Below are positions 52,215-64,000 of a DNA stretch of 64,000 nucleotides, piece after piece. This stretch comes from Octopus sinensis (lineage: Eukaryota). Under the pieces are notes generated by a model. It had not been told where the DNA came from. It saw only the letters and a program-made list of their open reading frames with translations, and searched no databases. The stretch lies in assembly GCF_006345805.1 (NCBI RefSeq), contig NC_043002.1:44392001-44456000 (forward strand), read 5' to 3'. The translations under genes were made by a program, and so were the position numbers. The number at the start of each line of letters is the position of its first letter. The first letter of the stretch is position 1.

Positions 52215-52459
52215 TCAATATAGGGTGGCAAAAAAATTTTGAAGAATTTTTTTGCCACCAGCGGCCTAGTGGGAAAAAATTTATTTGCGGTTGAAGCTTT
52301 GGCTGTTATTTCTAGTGGGTGAATGGCCTATTATGGCCGTTCCTTGATTGTTGATGTTGAACTTAAAAATGGTCTATGACTATTTAATTTTTTCCCACTA
52401 GCCGCTGGTGGCAAAAAAATTCTTCAAAATTTTTTTGCCACCCTATATTGATTAATTAT
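52207..52459. repeat. Fold-back with ~74-bp arms, each containing an internal hairpin
   Basis: Arms 52207-52281 and 52386-52459; the first ~75 nt of the spacer recur at 52768-52843. Confidence 0.9.
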
Positions 52460-53029
52460 GAATTTTCTGGTTAATTCCGTAATGGAATCGACGGCTTATA
52501 TTTATTTGCTGCCGATAAATTTGGCGCGAGTGCGATGATTTGAAAATTTTAGGTCAGATATTACCTTGGCAGGGTCGGAAATGCCTCGTGAAAATATCTG
52601 TTCCGACTGGGCTATTTCTTACTGAAGAATCTGAGGGCCTATGGAAGATTGGCTTGATTTAATTAATCAGGTTAGTTTACCATTAAACAGCAGATGAAAC
52701 GGTGCATCGTATAAGAAATTACAGGGTAAATGTTTTTTAAATTTTCTCCTGGTTTACGGAATTGACTTTTATTTGCGGTTGAAGCTTTGGCTGTTATTTC
52801 TAGTGGGTGAATGGCCTATTATGGCCGTTCATTGATTGTTGATATATATATATTATATATATATATATATGCGTATAAGTGCATATAGATACATATATCA
52901 CCGCGTATATATATATATATATAATATTAAATTAGAGACAAAACCACTATTATGCAAATCAAACAAAGAAAGACTTAAGCCAATACATAAAATAATTTAT
53001 ATAAATTTTGAAATTTAACAATTATAAAT

Positions 53030-53090
53030 AACCACTACGATCGTTTCATGTCTTATTTCAGCACATCTTTGAGACATTCTTCAGGTGGTT
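53030..53090 (-). ncRNA. Type I hammerhead ribozyme motif (left arm, unit 1)
   Basis: Reverse complement of the motif at 53370-53430. Confidence 0.8.
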
Positions 53091-53369
53091 TCAAAACCTT
53101 CTTGGCGAGTTTTAAACTATGAACTACCTGGCTTTATCTTTGTTCGGTGTGTCGCCCATCTCTCTGTTCTCTTTGTAACGCGTATGTTTTGAAGGAATTC
53201 TTTTCTTGATAGAATTTGGTTAGAACGTTGAAAATACCAATTGTGATATGTTTTAAGTAATTCTGTTTTCCAAATTGGCCTGGTAGTCATACGCTTGAGG
53301 GGTGTTTTATTGAGACACATACTTGCGCATCAACCGTTCATAGTTTAAAACTCGCCAAGAAGGTTTTGA

Positions 53370-53430
53370 AACCACCTGAAGAATGTCTCAAAGATGTGCT
53401 GAAATAAGACATGAAACGATCGTAGTGGTT
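53370..53430 (+). ncRNA. Type I hammerhead ribozyme motif (right arm, unit 1)
   Basis: AACCAC-CUGAAGA-AUGUCU-(18-nt loop)-AGACAU-GAAA-C-GAUC-GUA-GUGGUU. Stems I and II are perfect 6 bp, stem III is minimal with a palindromic GAUC loop. Confidence 0.85.
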
Positions 53431-53816
53431 ATTTATAATTGTTAAATTTCTAAATTTATATAAATTATGTTATGTATTGGCTTAAGTCTTTCTTTGTTTG
53501 ATTTGCATAATAGTGGTTTTGTCTCTAATTTAATATAATATAATATTTTACTATAAAATTGGATTCAATCCTAAATCTGATTTTTCCCTGTAAATTTGGA
53601 TTTATTCCCTAATATTTATTATTATTATATATATATATATTATATATATATATATATGCGTATAAGTGCATATAGATACATATATCACCGCGTATATATA
53701 TATATATATAATATTAAATTAGAGACAAAACCACTATTATGCAAATCAAACAAAGAAAGACTTAAGCCAATACATAAAATAATTTATATAAATTTTGAAA
53801 TTTAACAATTATAAAT

Positions 53817-53877
53817 AACCACTACGATCGTTTCATGTCTTATTTCAGCACATCTTTGAGACATTCTTCAGGTGGTT
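53817..53877 (-). ncRNA. Type I hammerhead ribozyme motif (left arm, unit 2)
   Basis: Same sequence as 53030-53090. Confidence 0.8.
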
Positions 53878-54156
53878 TCAAAACCTTCTTGGCGAGTTTT
53901 AAACTATGAACTACCTGGCTTTATCTTTGTTCGGTGTGTCGCCCATCTCTCTGTTCTCTTTGTAACGCGTATGTTTTGAAGGAATTCTTTTCTTGATAGA
54001 ATTTGGTTAGAACGTTGAAAATACCAATTGTGATATGTTTTAAGTAATTCTGTTTTCCAAATTGGCCTGGTAGTCATACGCTTGAGGGGTGTTTTATTGA
54101 GACACATACTTGCGCATCAACCGTTCATAGTTTAAAACTCGCCAAGAAGGTTTTGA

Positions 54157-54217
54157 AACCACCTGAAGAATGTCTCAAAGATGTGCTGAAATAAGACATG
54201 AAACGATCGTAGTGGTT
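54157..54217 (+). ncRNA. Type I hammerhead ribozyme motif (right arm, unit 2)
   Basis: Same sequence as 53370-53430. Confidence 0.85.
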
Positions 54218-54401
54218 ATTTATAATTGTTAAATTTCTAAATTTATATAAATTATGTTATGTATTGGCTTAAGTCTTTCTTTGTTTGATTTGCATAATAG
54301 TGGTTTTGTCTCTAATTTAATATAATATAATATTTTACTATAAAATTGGATTCAATCCTAAATCTGATTTTTCCTGTAAATTTGGATTTATTCCCTAATA
54401 T

Positions 54402-54450
<49 letters not shown>

Positions 54451-54994
54451 TATAAATGTATAGATACCTATATTCCCAAAATGCAAATAATTGCCTCTCC
54501 CATTGTTTTCGTATATGGAATTAATCACAAGATAAGACATGTTATTTCCAATTTTGTAATCAACTTTATCCAAGGAGTCAAACATAAAAACGCATTAAAA
54601 TTCTTCATATCTCCTTCAATAGGATTGAAAGTTTTCTTCCCACAATGAAGGCTTCGTCCCGCTCTCTTCACCTTCACCTTTCTTCCTTCTTCTCCTTCTC
54701 ATATTTACCCATTTTTGCACTAAAACTTAGATGCTCTGTTAGAACGAAGTATACTGTGGTAGACACCATGAGAAAATTCTCAGATTGGCACAGTTTTCTA
54801 TATATCGCTGGCGGAGAGGCTAGTCGCCGCTGTCCTCCATACCTTAAGGTGAATTGTGATTATTTATTAGGTTAACGGTAATTCAAATTCATTCCCACAA
54901 CATTCACCACTTCTATTCATGATCTTCTTATTGGTCCACAGAATAGGCAGGTATTCCCCTGAGCAGAGTCGGCATCTCCTGGAAATGATATTAT

Positions 54995-55345
54995 ATGGTT
55001 TTGCGTGCCCTACTAATGCTTGCAAATTAGAAAGAAATTATAAAAAGAACGACTTTGTATACCAGACAACAATTATCACGCAGGACTCATCGAGATTTAT
55101 ATAGGCTGCACGCAAAACTGGGTTAAATCGCGCATTTCGACCCACGAATCCATCTTTAGGGACCATAGAAAAGAGAACCGTACCGGACTAAAATTTTTTA
55201 AAAAATTGGCACCTCAAGGAAACAATATTAATTTCTCAGTTTCCTGGAAAATTCTATCTTCGGCCACTTCTTACAGAAATGACAATAAATTTGCAGACTA
55301 TGTCTAGAAGAAATCAATAATATAAAAAGAATGAATGGAAACCGA
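54995..55345 (+). mobile_element. Penelope-like GIY-YIG endonuclease remnant
   Basis: CPTNAC…NDFVYQTTIITQDS(fs)IEIYIGCT…KSRISTHES.FRD…SWKILSSATSYRND..(C)RLCLEE. Confidence 0.75.
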
Positions 55346-56172
55346 GGGGTGAAATCTTTTTTTTTATGTAAACACATGACCAAATTCCTATTCATTAATC
55401 TAAAATAACTATTTACTTCCTTATTTCCTAATTTGATATTTTTTAAAATCACACATTCTCCCTTATCCAATATAGAACCGTATCTTACTATGTTACCATA
55501 ACATAAATTCCCTTTATATACTATATTTTAAATTTTCCTTTATGATAACTGAAGGACCGTCTATATATAGGGCTATTATGCAAACTATGTCTCTCTATAC
55601 TTTTTCCTCATACGCTTGGATAAATGAACTTATATCTGTCTGTTTTCTTATTTACTTCTATACTTTTGCACACATGCGTATGCGTGTATGTTTGCTGTCT
55701 ATGAGCTTACATATCTATATGCGTCTGTATATACATACATGTGAGTATATACACCCATTGTGTGTATATATACATATATCTATATGCAGGTGTATATGGG
55801 TGTTGTATGCACATTCATATAGATATGTGTAAGATGCATCATCTTCTGTATGTAGTTTTTTGTAAAACTATATATTTGTATTTGAGTATACATATACATT
55901 TCTACTTATATGTATACCTTATATACGTACGTATATGTACTCCCATTTCCCCCTACTCCCCACAAATCTACATCAGTAAATACTTGCAAATGTTATTAGT
56001 TATTCCATTTTACAATTAAGTTTATTTTTTAATACTGGTATATATATACTTGTATGTTATAGTGTGGTTGTAGATGTTTACGTCTAAATCTGCATATCTA
56101 TGTATACCTCTACGTGAATCTATGTTTGTATATATTTTTTATGTGTATACGTGTGTATGTACATATATATGT

Positions 56173-56497
56173 GAAGGCGCGTGGCTTAGTTGTTCGGGGC
56201 ATTTGGCTCATGATCGTAAGGTCGTGAGTTCAATTCCCGGCGGCGTGTTGTGTCCTTGAGCAAGACACTTTATTTTACGTTGCTCCAGTCCACTCAGCTG
56301 GCAAAAATCAGTAGTATCTGTACTTCAAAGGACCAGCTTTGTCACACAGTGTGTCACGCTGAATCTCCCCGAGAACTACGTTAAGGGTGCACGTGTTTCT
56401 GGGGTGCTCAGCCACTTGCACGTTAATTTCACGAGCAGGCTGTTCCGTTGATTGGATCAACTGGAACCCTCGTCATCGCAACCGACGGAGTGCTCCT
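56173..56497 (+). mobile_element. SINE family C, near full length
   Basis: GGCGCGTGGCTTAGTTG…GAGTTCAATTCC…TGTGTCCTTGAGCAAGACACTTT (CORE-like). Confidence 0.9.
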
Positions 56498-56516
56498 ACA
56501 TATATATGTATGAATT

Positions 56517-56583
<67 letters not shown>

Positions 56584-56879
56584 CCGTATGTGTATATGAA
56601 TACTGTGGGTGTATAAGTAAAAAAGGGGTTTATTTACATATGTATACATTTGTACATCTATATGCATGTATATACAATTTGTATGTATATGTACATATTT
56701 CTGTATCTATATGCTATACGTGTATGTATGCCTCTATATATATATATATATTTGCATATGCATTCACTCTGCTCCATATACGATATGCATGTATCCTATA
56801 ATTTTGTAACATTATATGTACCACTACATGTATCAACCTACTCGTAGATCATAATAATTATTGTCTTTAATATATTTAC

Positions 56880-57560
56880 ATGCATTGGACCTATAAAACA
56901 TGTATTTTTATTCATTACGATCGTATATAGTAATACCGCATCCTTCTTACATAATACTCAGCAAGAATAATACTTTTGGCATAACTCTTTATATATGCAA
57001 AATATTCTTTTTGTATAGCTTTATCCTACGCATTCAATACCTTTATCATTAATCTTTCTTTTATTTTTAAGATTCACTTCTCTTATTACCTCCCATATTT
57101 GGTCATTATTATTATTGTTCGTCTTATTTATCTCCCCTACACTAGTAAAATTTCGTTTCCTTTTCACCCTCTCTAATTTATTACCTTATCGCTTCTATAT
57201 TTCTCTTCTTACTACATCTCCTAAAATGTTCTCTTATCCCTGTTCTCAGCAATAGACTTCGTAAGTATATACAACATTAATCGTCATTTTTCTATTTGAA
57301 TTACCACTTTCCCCATCTTCTCCTTTATCATACTTCCATGTTACCTTAATACGGATCTTGAGTAAACAAGACTCCTTAATCCACTTCTACTTCATACTTT
57401 TTAATTCCTCCTCCTCTCCCTATATTTTCATGAATGACTTCATTAACTTTCTAGTATAAGCTTTACAAACATAATTTTTTACGCTAAACATTCTTCATCT
57501 GTTAATGATTTTTTATAATATAAAAGTACCAAGTATTGGTTTTAACGTTTAGATGTAATT
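56880..57560 (-). mobile_element. Highly decayed LINE-like remnant
   Basis: Purine-rich minus frame with LRSLLLRTGIREH.RRCSK.RNIEAIR, reminiscent of an ORF2 C-terminal zinc-finger region; many stops. Confidence 0.25.
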
Positions 57561-57615
57561 TACACTAGATAACGTTTTTTCACTGAACATTTCTCTAAAT
57601 TATTTGCCCCATGCT

Positions 57616-57877
57616 GCATATATGGATAGGAGAGTATGGTAGTTCGCTTGAAGCATTGTGTATTGTTTGTAAAATATAACGTGTCTTGAATGGCACAACA
57701 ATGCAGAGTGCAGTATAATAACTGTTAAATTTAATTATCCTTAGTCAGACTATGAATAATTAAATTATAATAGTCATTATAGTCCACTCTGAATGGTTGT
57801 GCCATTCAGGACACGTTATATTTTACGAATAATACACAATGCTTCAAACGAACTACAATACTCTCCTATGTATATGC
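57616..57877. mobile_element. MITE-like near-complete palindrome
   Basis: GCATATA..ATAGGAGAGTA…GAATGGCACAAC…CAGAGTG mirrored by CACTCTG…GTTGTGCCATTC…TACTCTCCTAT.TATATGC; partial second copy at 58400-58486. Confidence 0.8.
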
Positions 57878-57894
57878 CTGGGGTAGGTCGAGTT

Positions 57895-58400
57895 TGCAAC
57901 CGCTAGGTAGTTAATCAAGCTATAAGAGAAACGTGCTAAAATCGGATACCAAACAAACTTTCTTAAACGCTACCTAAAAAAACAACATAATTCCCGACAC
58001 CATCAGGAACATACATCTACCCACGTGCTTCCGCAGCCTTACCCTTCGACGATCACTGAAATACATATATTTGTTATCAGAAAAATCATGCACTATCTAC
58101 ACTACCAGCTCCATGAGCACATACGCAAATTCTCAGAAATAATATCCAGCATCACGTCAACCACTGAAACTACATAACGAAGAACAACTGCAGCTATTGA
58201 CCGATTCTACCACCACTGCGTTGACCAAGAGAAGAAACGCCTCAAACTTAAATTCTTGTGGCTTTGTAACAAATACCCCTGAAGAGATGCTTCCGAAAAA
58301 AAAAATTCTGTAACCGTTGGAAAACCGATTATAGCAGTGACTCGATCATTTCCTAGTGGTATCTGAAGAAGGAATTTTTGTATTCCGAAATATTATTAGT
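57895..58400 (+). mobile_element. Penelope-like N-terminal ORF fragment with hammerhead-like remnants
   Basis: KRAKIGYQTNFLKRYLKNNIIPDTI…IRKIMHYLHYQLHEHIRKF…EKKRLKLKF; then CTGAAGA..GAAA at about 58281 and CTGAAGA-AGGAAT/ATTCC-GAAA at about 58364. Confidence 0.55.
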
Positions 58401-61365
58401 ACATCAGACTATGCATAATTTAATTATAACAGTTATTATCGTCCACTCTACATTGTTGTGCCATTCAAGACACGTTATATTTTGCATATATGGAGTTTCA
58501 ATTAGCAAATCTATACTAATCTATAGAGGGAATGTTATCGGTGTCTCTAAATCGTCAATGTTATACTTTTATTCTTGAATTTGTATATATTTCCGAAAAG
58601 GTTGTAGCTGAAAATCGTAATGATAAAAAGTTTCCGATTCCCTTTCATCTCTTGAAGCTCCTGACGAAGTTTCTCTTACAGTCATGAAAAGCAAGTCAAT
58701 ATTCCCAGTAAACTAATTTGCATGCGATTCTTTGCCATGCTACTTTATAAGAGAGGAGGATAATGAATTGATACGATCATTTGTGACATGAAGACTTACC
58801 AGTTTACTATTCAGGTGGAAATGCATGTAAATATGTGTTACAGTATGTGTGTTAGTGGACTGGCATCAATTTGTTGGCAAACATATAAGTAACAAAATTC
58901 TAATCACAACATAGAAATGGTAGAATATGCACCAATGTGACGCAACGCAATATAGAATACGAGAAACAAATATGAAATTTGAAATACAATTTTATTGATG
59001 GAAGATTTCATGAAACATAGAGAACATTACATATTGGAGTCGCAACAAGAAATATAGTTCTTGTGGGTTTTCTTTTCTTTTTTTCCAAAATAACACTTCT
59101 TCTTGAAGGTTTGATCACGTATATCAATGTATATGTTATTGAATCGTTTGTAATTGTAAAAAATACGAATTGGCTTTTAGTGAGAGTTAGATATATATTG
59201 ATAAAGTATTTTCATAAGAAATTATTAGGACAAAAAGGATTGGTTAGTCAATGGAAAAAGAATACTCCACTCGTCCGAGAAAACAGCGTAAAAATGTGAA
59301 GAAATGTATTAAGATCTAAATAAATTTATGCACAGATAGTGATTCGAGGCTCACACAGTAAATGTTACTTTCATCTACGACTGAACGAAATACATTAAGG
59401 AATTATAAAGAAAATTCAAAAATCAAAGGTTTAAATATGAAGTGAAATAGAAATTACTTATTTTATTTCTCCAACTTCTTCCATTTGCAATTTTTCTGAG
59501 GCATATGAGCAGAAATAATGAAAATTAGTTTATCAAATATGTCACATATTTATTTTTTAGATATTATGTACGAGACGCTTCACAAAATAGTTATTTTCAA
59601 TGAAATTTATGGTATAACTTGGAGCGAATATATAACACTTCATTTTGCTTCAAGCAGCAGTGAATTAGAGAAAAAGACAATTTTACATCTCCCATTTTCG
59701 GCCCAACTCTTTATTGTGCAAATACAGCTTTTATAAATTGAAATTGTAATAATTACAGCAACATCTTGATTTAAACAAATTTCCCCCTATAGGAAACAAT
59801 ATTGATTGTATATTAGTTTTTAGGTTTGTTTTGCAAGAATTTTGATCTGAAACCGTGGGATGAAGCCAATATATTTATATTTGAGAGAGAGTCACATTAT
59901 TATAATCTACAAACACATGCACTGATTGCTGTTTCTTGTTTATAGTTATGGTTTAACAAGAATTTTTTGTCACACAACAGGAATAGAGAATTTCTAAGAA
60001 AAATAGATCTACAAACAAGAACGAACGACCGGTATTAGCTATAAAAATACGGCACTCTCAAAACATATGTATAATAATATTTTGTTTTAGAAGAAATGTC
60101 AGGAAGATTAAAATGTACAGTTAGTGTAAATCAGTATTTAAATTTTATATCACTGAAAAATCATCATAGCTATTTAAAATTTAAACAAACATGAATAAGG
60201 TTATGTGTAGATTATTCTAAATTGCTATTTTGACTTTTCAACGATGTGAATATAGACGTCTGTCATGACTCATTCATGATATTGTTGTGCCAGTTTCAAA
60301 ACATGTTCTCAGGTTAAAGCACTTGCCAAATAAATACAGCTCCGAAAATCATTTAATGTCTTTTTGTTAAGAATAGAATCGGAATAATGATTTGCTTTCA
60401 CAGATTGATATATATGTATTTGTGTGTGCATGTATATGTCTGTGTGCATAAATGTATGTGAGTGCCTCTGTGTGTATGTGTGTGCGTGCGTGCATGTGTG
60501 TGTATGTAAGTATGTATGAAAGCATGTATTCACGATTGAATGTATGTATCAACAACTCGACTCCTGGTCAAAGTGTTAATGCAAATGTTTAAACTCCGCT
60601 ACACATACTGAGTGTTAGTGCACATGTCTGTACATACATATACACACATACACACATGCGCGCGCATAAACACACGCATCTCTGCTTACATATACGTATT
60701 TATGAGTGTGTGCATGCGTGTGTGCATGTGTGTGTGAAAAGGAAGATAATAAGGGAGTATTTTTGTCAGGACAGAATATATTGCATGGAATTTTTTAGAC
60801 ATAGTATCAACAATGTTGCGTAATTTAAAGAACTATGTGAGAGGATCAACAGTTCATTTTACGTAACTGAATTCCATGAAACCTTATTTGCAGTAAAATG
60901 TCCCATGCAGTATATTCTAAAATTCATATGCCGTATAGTATCATTGAAACCAAACTAAATTCAGATTTTCAACATGATTTTGACAGAATAACAGTGGACG
61001 GCTTATATTAATTTGTGATGTAATTTAATTTTATTCTAATAATTAGGTAGGTGGATTTTTTTTATCTGTTTTGGGTAAGATTGCTTTTCTTTTTTTAACT
61101 CATAAAATATTTTGTGAAAATTGAATATTAATAAAAAAAAGTTTGTTAGCAGAAACAATTGGTGACAGACAAAATGCTTTATTTCCATGTCCTCAGTTCA
61201 AATTCCACATGATATTACATCACGCTCATTGCCCATACATTAAGTAATAAATGTAAATAGCAGCAAATGATATTATTTCTCTGATACACAAATTAAGTGT
61301 ATGTCTATTCACTAGAACATACTACTTAATACGTTCTGTATGCTACATTGAGATAGGTGGTCGGC

Positions 61366-61474
<109 letters not shown>

Positions 61475-61499
61475 GATAGATTGTTAGCCACTGCACACA

Positions 61500-61650
61500 T
61501 TTTTCTCTCCTTGTTTTTTCTGTGTCTCTTTCTGTATAAGAGCGTAGGCTCGAAACATAAAAGACTTTTTCTCTTCCTGAGCGTTATACTAATACATCTG
61601 TTTGCTTTGTACACCACCTGTCTTCGTCTTTTGTCTTTTTCGTAAAGTCT

Positions 61651-61655
<5 letters not shown>
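61500..61655 (+). mobile_element. PLE-type 3' tail (copy of 23775-23915)
   Basis: AAGAGCGTAGGCTCGAAAC.TAAAAGACTTTTTCT…TCGTAAA.TCTCCCTATA. Confidence 0.65.
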
Positions 61656-61702
<47 letters not shown>

Positions 61703-63653
61703 GTATATGTATATATATATTCAATGTTAAGTACCTGTATCACACCTCATACTAAGCTTCTTTCTCCATAGAGTCTCAATGAAAAGGATGCTTGTCTGTA
61801 TATCAAATAAATATAATGGAAGAATTTGTTTTGCCACGGATTGGAATTCGAAACAAATTGATGAATGGTTTGCATTACCGAAGACTAGTGTGTACCGACA
61901 CACATTCACAGACTCTTCAATTTCGCTGCGAAACACATTCGTGTTTGATGGTGTTTTTGTTTTGTTTTTTAGCATAAACTCAAATTAATGTTCGAGTTAT
62001 TCATAAGACTTTGATGACCACCTTGATAGAAACTTTGTACCGAGAGACGTAATTTATTTACTTAATAATTTGCGATCGATTTTCTCGTTCATCATCCACA
62101 AGGAATACAAGACATTCAACAACGATATAAAACTATTGGTCAAGCCCTTTAAATTTCTTATATTTCACAAAACAAAACTCTTTTCAGGAAAATTATTTCA
62201 ATGTTATGTTTTAGCAATTACATAAAATGATTTATTGCATAGAGGCAAGAACATGCATTTTTATAGGATATCTGCACTAATTATCTGTCGCAGAGGTATG
62301 GACGTTAGGTCAGAGCCACTAGGATTTCAAATCCAGACCACAGCGAGATCGGTTAACTAAATACTATTAGACCAATTATATCTTTACACTATGCTAGACT
62401 ACAAGTATGATATTTCATTTATTTACACCTCATATTTATAGGTAATAATACATTCATCATGTCTTACTTCTGACCAAGTGCAAGCTTTGGTCAGATTTCT
62501 GCGACTTTCTTTTCTTTCATATCATTGTCTCTCGTTCGTTGTTTGCCTTTATTACTTTCCCCTGTTTCTATTTCTACTTCACCTGGTTATTTTTAGCACG
62601 CTAAACAATAATTAACTCGGGTTACCACTAGATATTTTATTTTATGAGAACTTAGAAGCATATGAGGTGTTGATGTACTGTATGAAGCATATACATATAC
62701 ATCTGGTTTTGGTCTTATGTGCATTTAAATCTAATATAAATATATATATAATATTTTTAAATTGATTTAAATTATTTGTTATCAATGCCAATTGATAGTA
62801 TAATATACAAAACCAAGGATGTTATAGATACTGCAGTGATACATGAATAGTATAAAATTGTATAAAATTAAAGGAGTTAAAATGACAACGATGAAAAATT
62901 GATATCGTTTTATTTAAAAATTAAACATTTTCTGTTTTACTATTTGCCTTACTATCCTCTGAGATCACTAAAATAATTCTTAGTACTACGCTCGACTCTG
63001 GTCATTTCTTTAAAATAATAACGTTCTCCTCAATGCATAAATTTATATTATTATACTGATAATGACTGTATAATGACAGACACGATAAGGCAGACTACAT
63101 TATACGTCACCGAATATTACATTGTAATTATAAATGCTACCATATTTGATTTTGACTATATTTAAATTAGGTCAATGAACTAGTCAAATATCAAGGAGCA
63201 ATTAATGAACTGAATAGTTTTTGTTGATAGCTGTGTGAATATATTTAAGTGATAATTCAATATCATGAAACTGACAATAAAAATATGTAAGAGTATAAAA
63301 TTATGTACACACATAGATATACACAGTCAACACATATACATAGATGGAAAACGCACATCATACCTACACATATACGACATTAAATATTATATTCAACATA
63401 CATCCATGAATATTATTCACATTCATAAGTTATCTCAAATTTTTTAAATGCGTGTCACTTGAAAAAGCCATTATTTATTAGTTCTCAAATAATCATAGTG
63501 TGTTTGATACACACATACACCACACACACACGCTCACACACATGCACACACACACATACACACACATCACAAACACACACAGACGCAGAGGACGTACAAA
63601 CCACACATATTACATATATTTGTTAATATATCAGTTTCTACATATATATATGA

Positions 63654-63707
<54 letters not shown>

Positions 63708-64000
63708 GCATGCACAGCCATATATACTCGTATATATATGTGCATACACTCCATGTATATATATATACCTATACACACATACATATATGTATATATTTAT
63801 GTATGTATACATTTATGTATGTATATATGTATGTATGTATGTATGCATGCATACATGTGTGCGTGCATACATATTCAGAAACTAGAGAAATGCTTATTCT
63901 TTACTTTGAATCAGTTGAAGTTATTCATTATGGTTTTTTTCTTTAGATGTCTTCTCCTTCAACACTTCATTTTTAATTAGCAAAGTTTACTCGTTGACGC

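Larger units (their letters stand above)
52924..53536. mobile_element. Fold-back element 1: 201-bp inverted arms with hammerheads + 211-bp core
   Basis: Arms 52924-53124 and 53336-53536 (2 mismatches seen); core 53125-53335. Confidence 0.9.
53711..54323. mobile_element. Fold-back element 2 (tandem copy, period 787 bp)
   Basis: Near-identical to 52924-53536, including the same inter-arm mismatches. Confidence 0.9.

Noticed and set aside
57249-57260. Micro-exon-like CAG|CAATAGACTTC|GTAAGT
   Set aside because: 11 nt inside a decayed antisense LINE-like remnant; expected by chance.
61727-61988. Three overlapping 60-80 aa ORFs
   Set aside because: No motif, no convincing splice pair, and no way to choose a strand.

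Overview
AT-rich, microsatellite-dense eukaryotic DNA. The SINE families and repeat landscape point to a coleoid cephalopod, most likely Octopus (inference from recalled repeat families, not a database search). No intact, recognisable host gene, rRNA, true tRNA gene or CRISPR array is visible, and most ORFs in the supplied track are microsatellite artefacts. The window is dominated by decayed transposons: a Tx1/L1-like LINE, four CR1-like LINE pieces, a restriction-like-endonuclease LINE, at least five Penelope-like (PLE) fragments, a full-length mariner, a full-length IR/DR Tc1, a long-TIR DNA transposon of unclear superfamily, two Helitron remnants, MITE-like fold-backs and four tRNA-derived SINE families. 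Three things stand out. (1) Eight hammerhead ribozyme motifs that fold well by eye, plus several degenerate ones. Four sit in a tandemly duplicated fold-back element at 52.9-54.3 kb, whose 201-bp inverted arms each carry a hammerhead and enclose a 211-bp segment also present alone about 1.4 kb upstream. (2) A retrozyme-like direct-repeat unit with a hammerhead at 35.4-36.1 kb. (3) An old local segmental duplication, plus a pair of paralogous, codon-conserved putative exons and other candidate exons, suggesting an unannotated or decaying plus-strand secreted-protein gene family. All motif calls, alignments and translations were made by eye and need computational confirmation.
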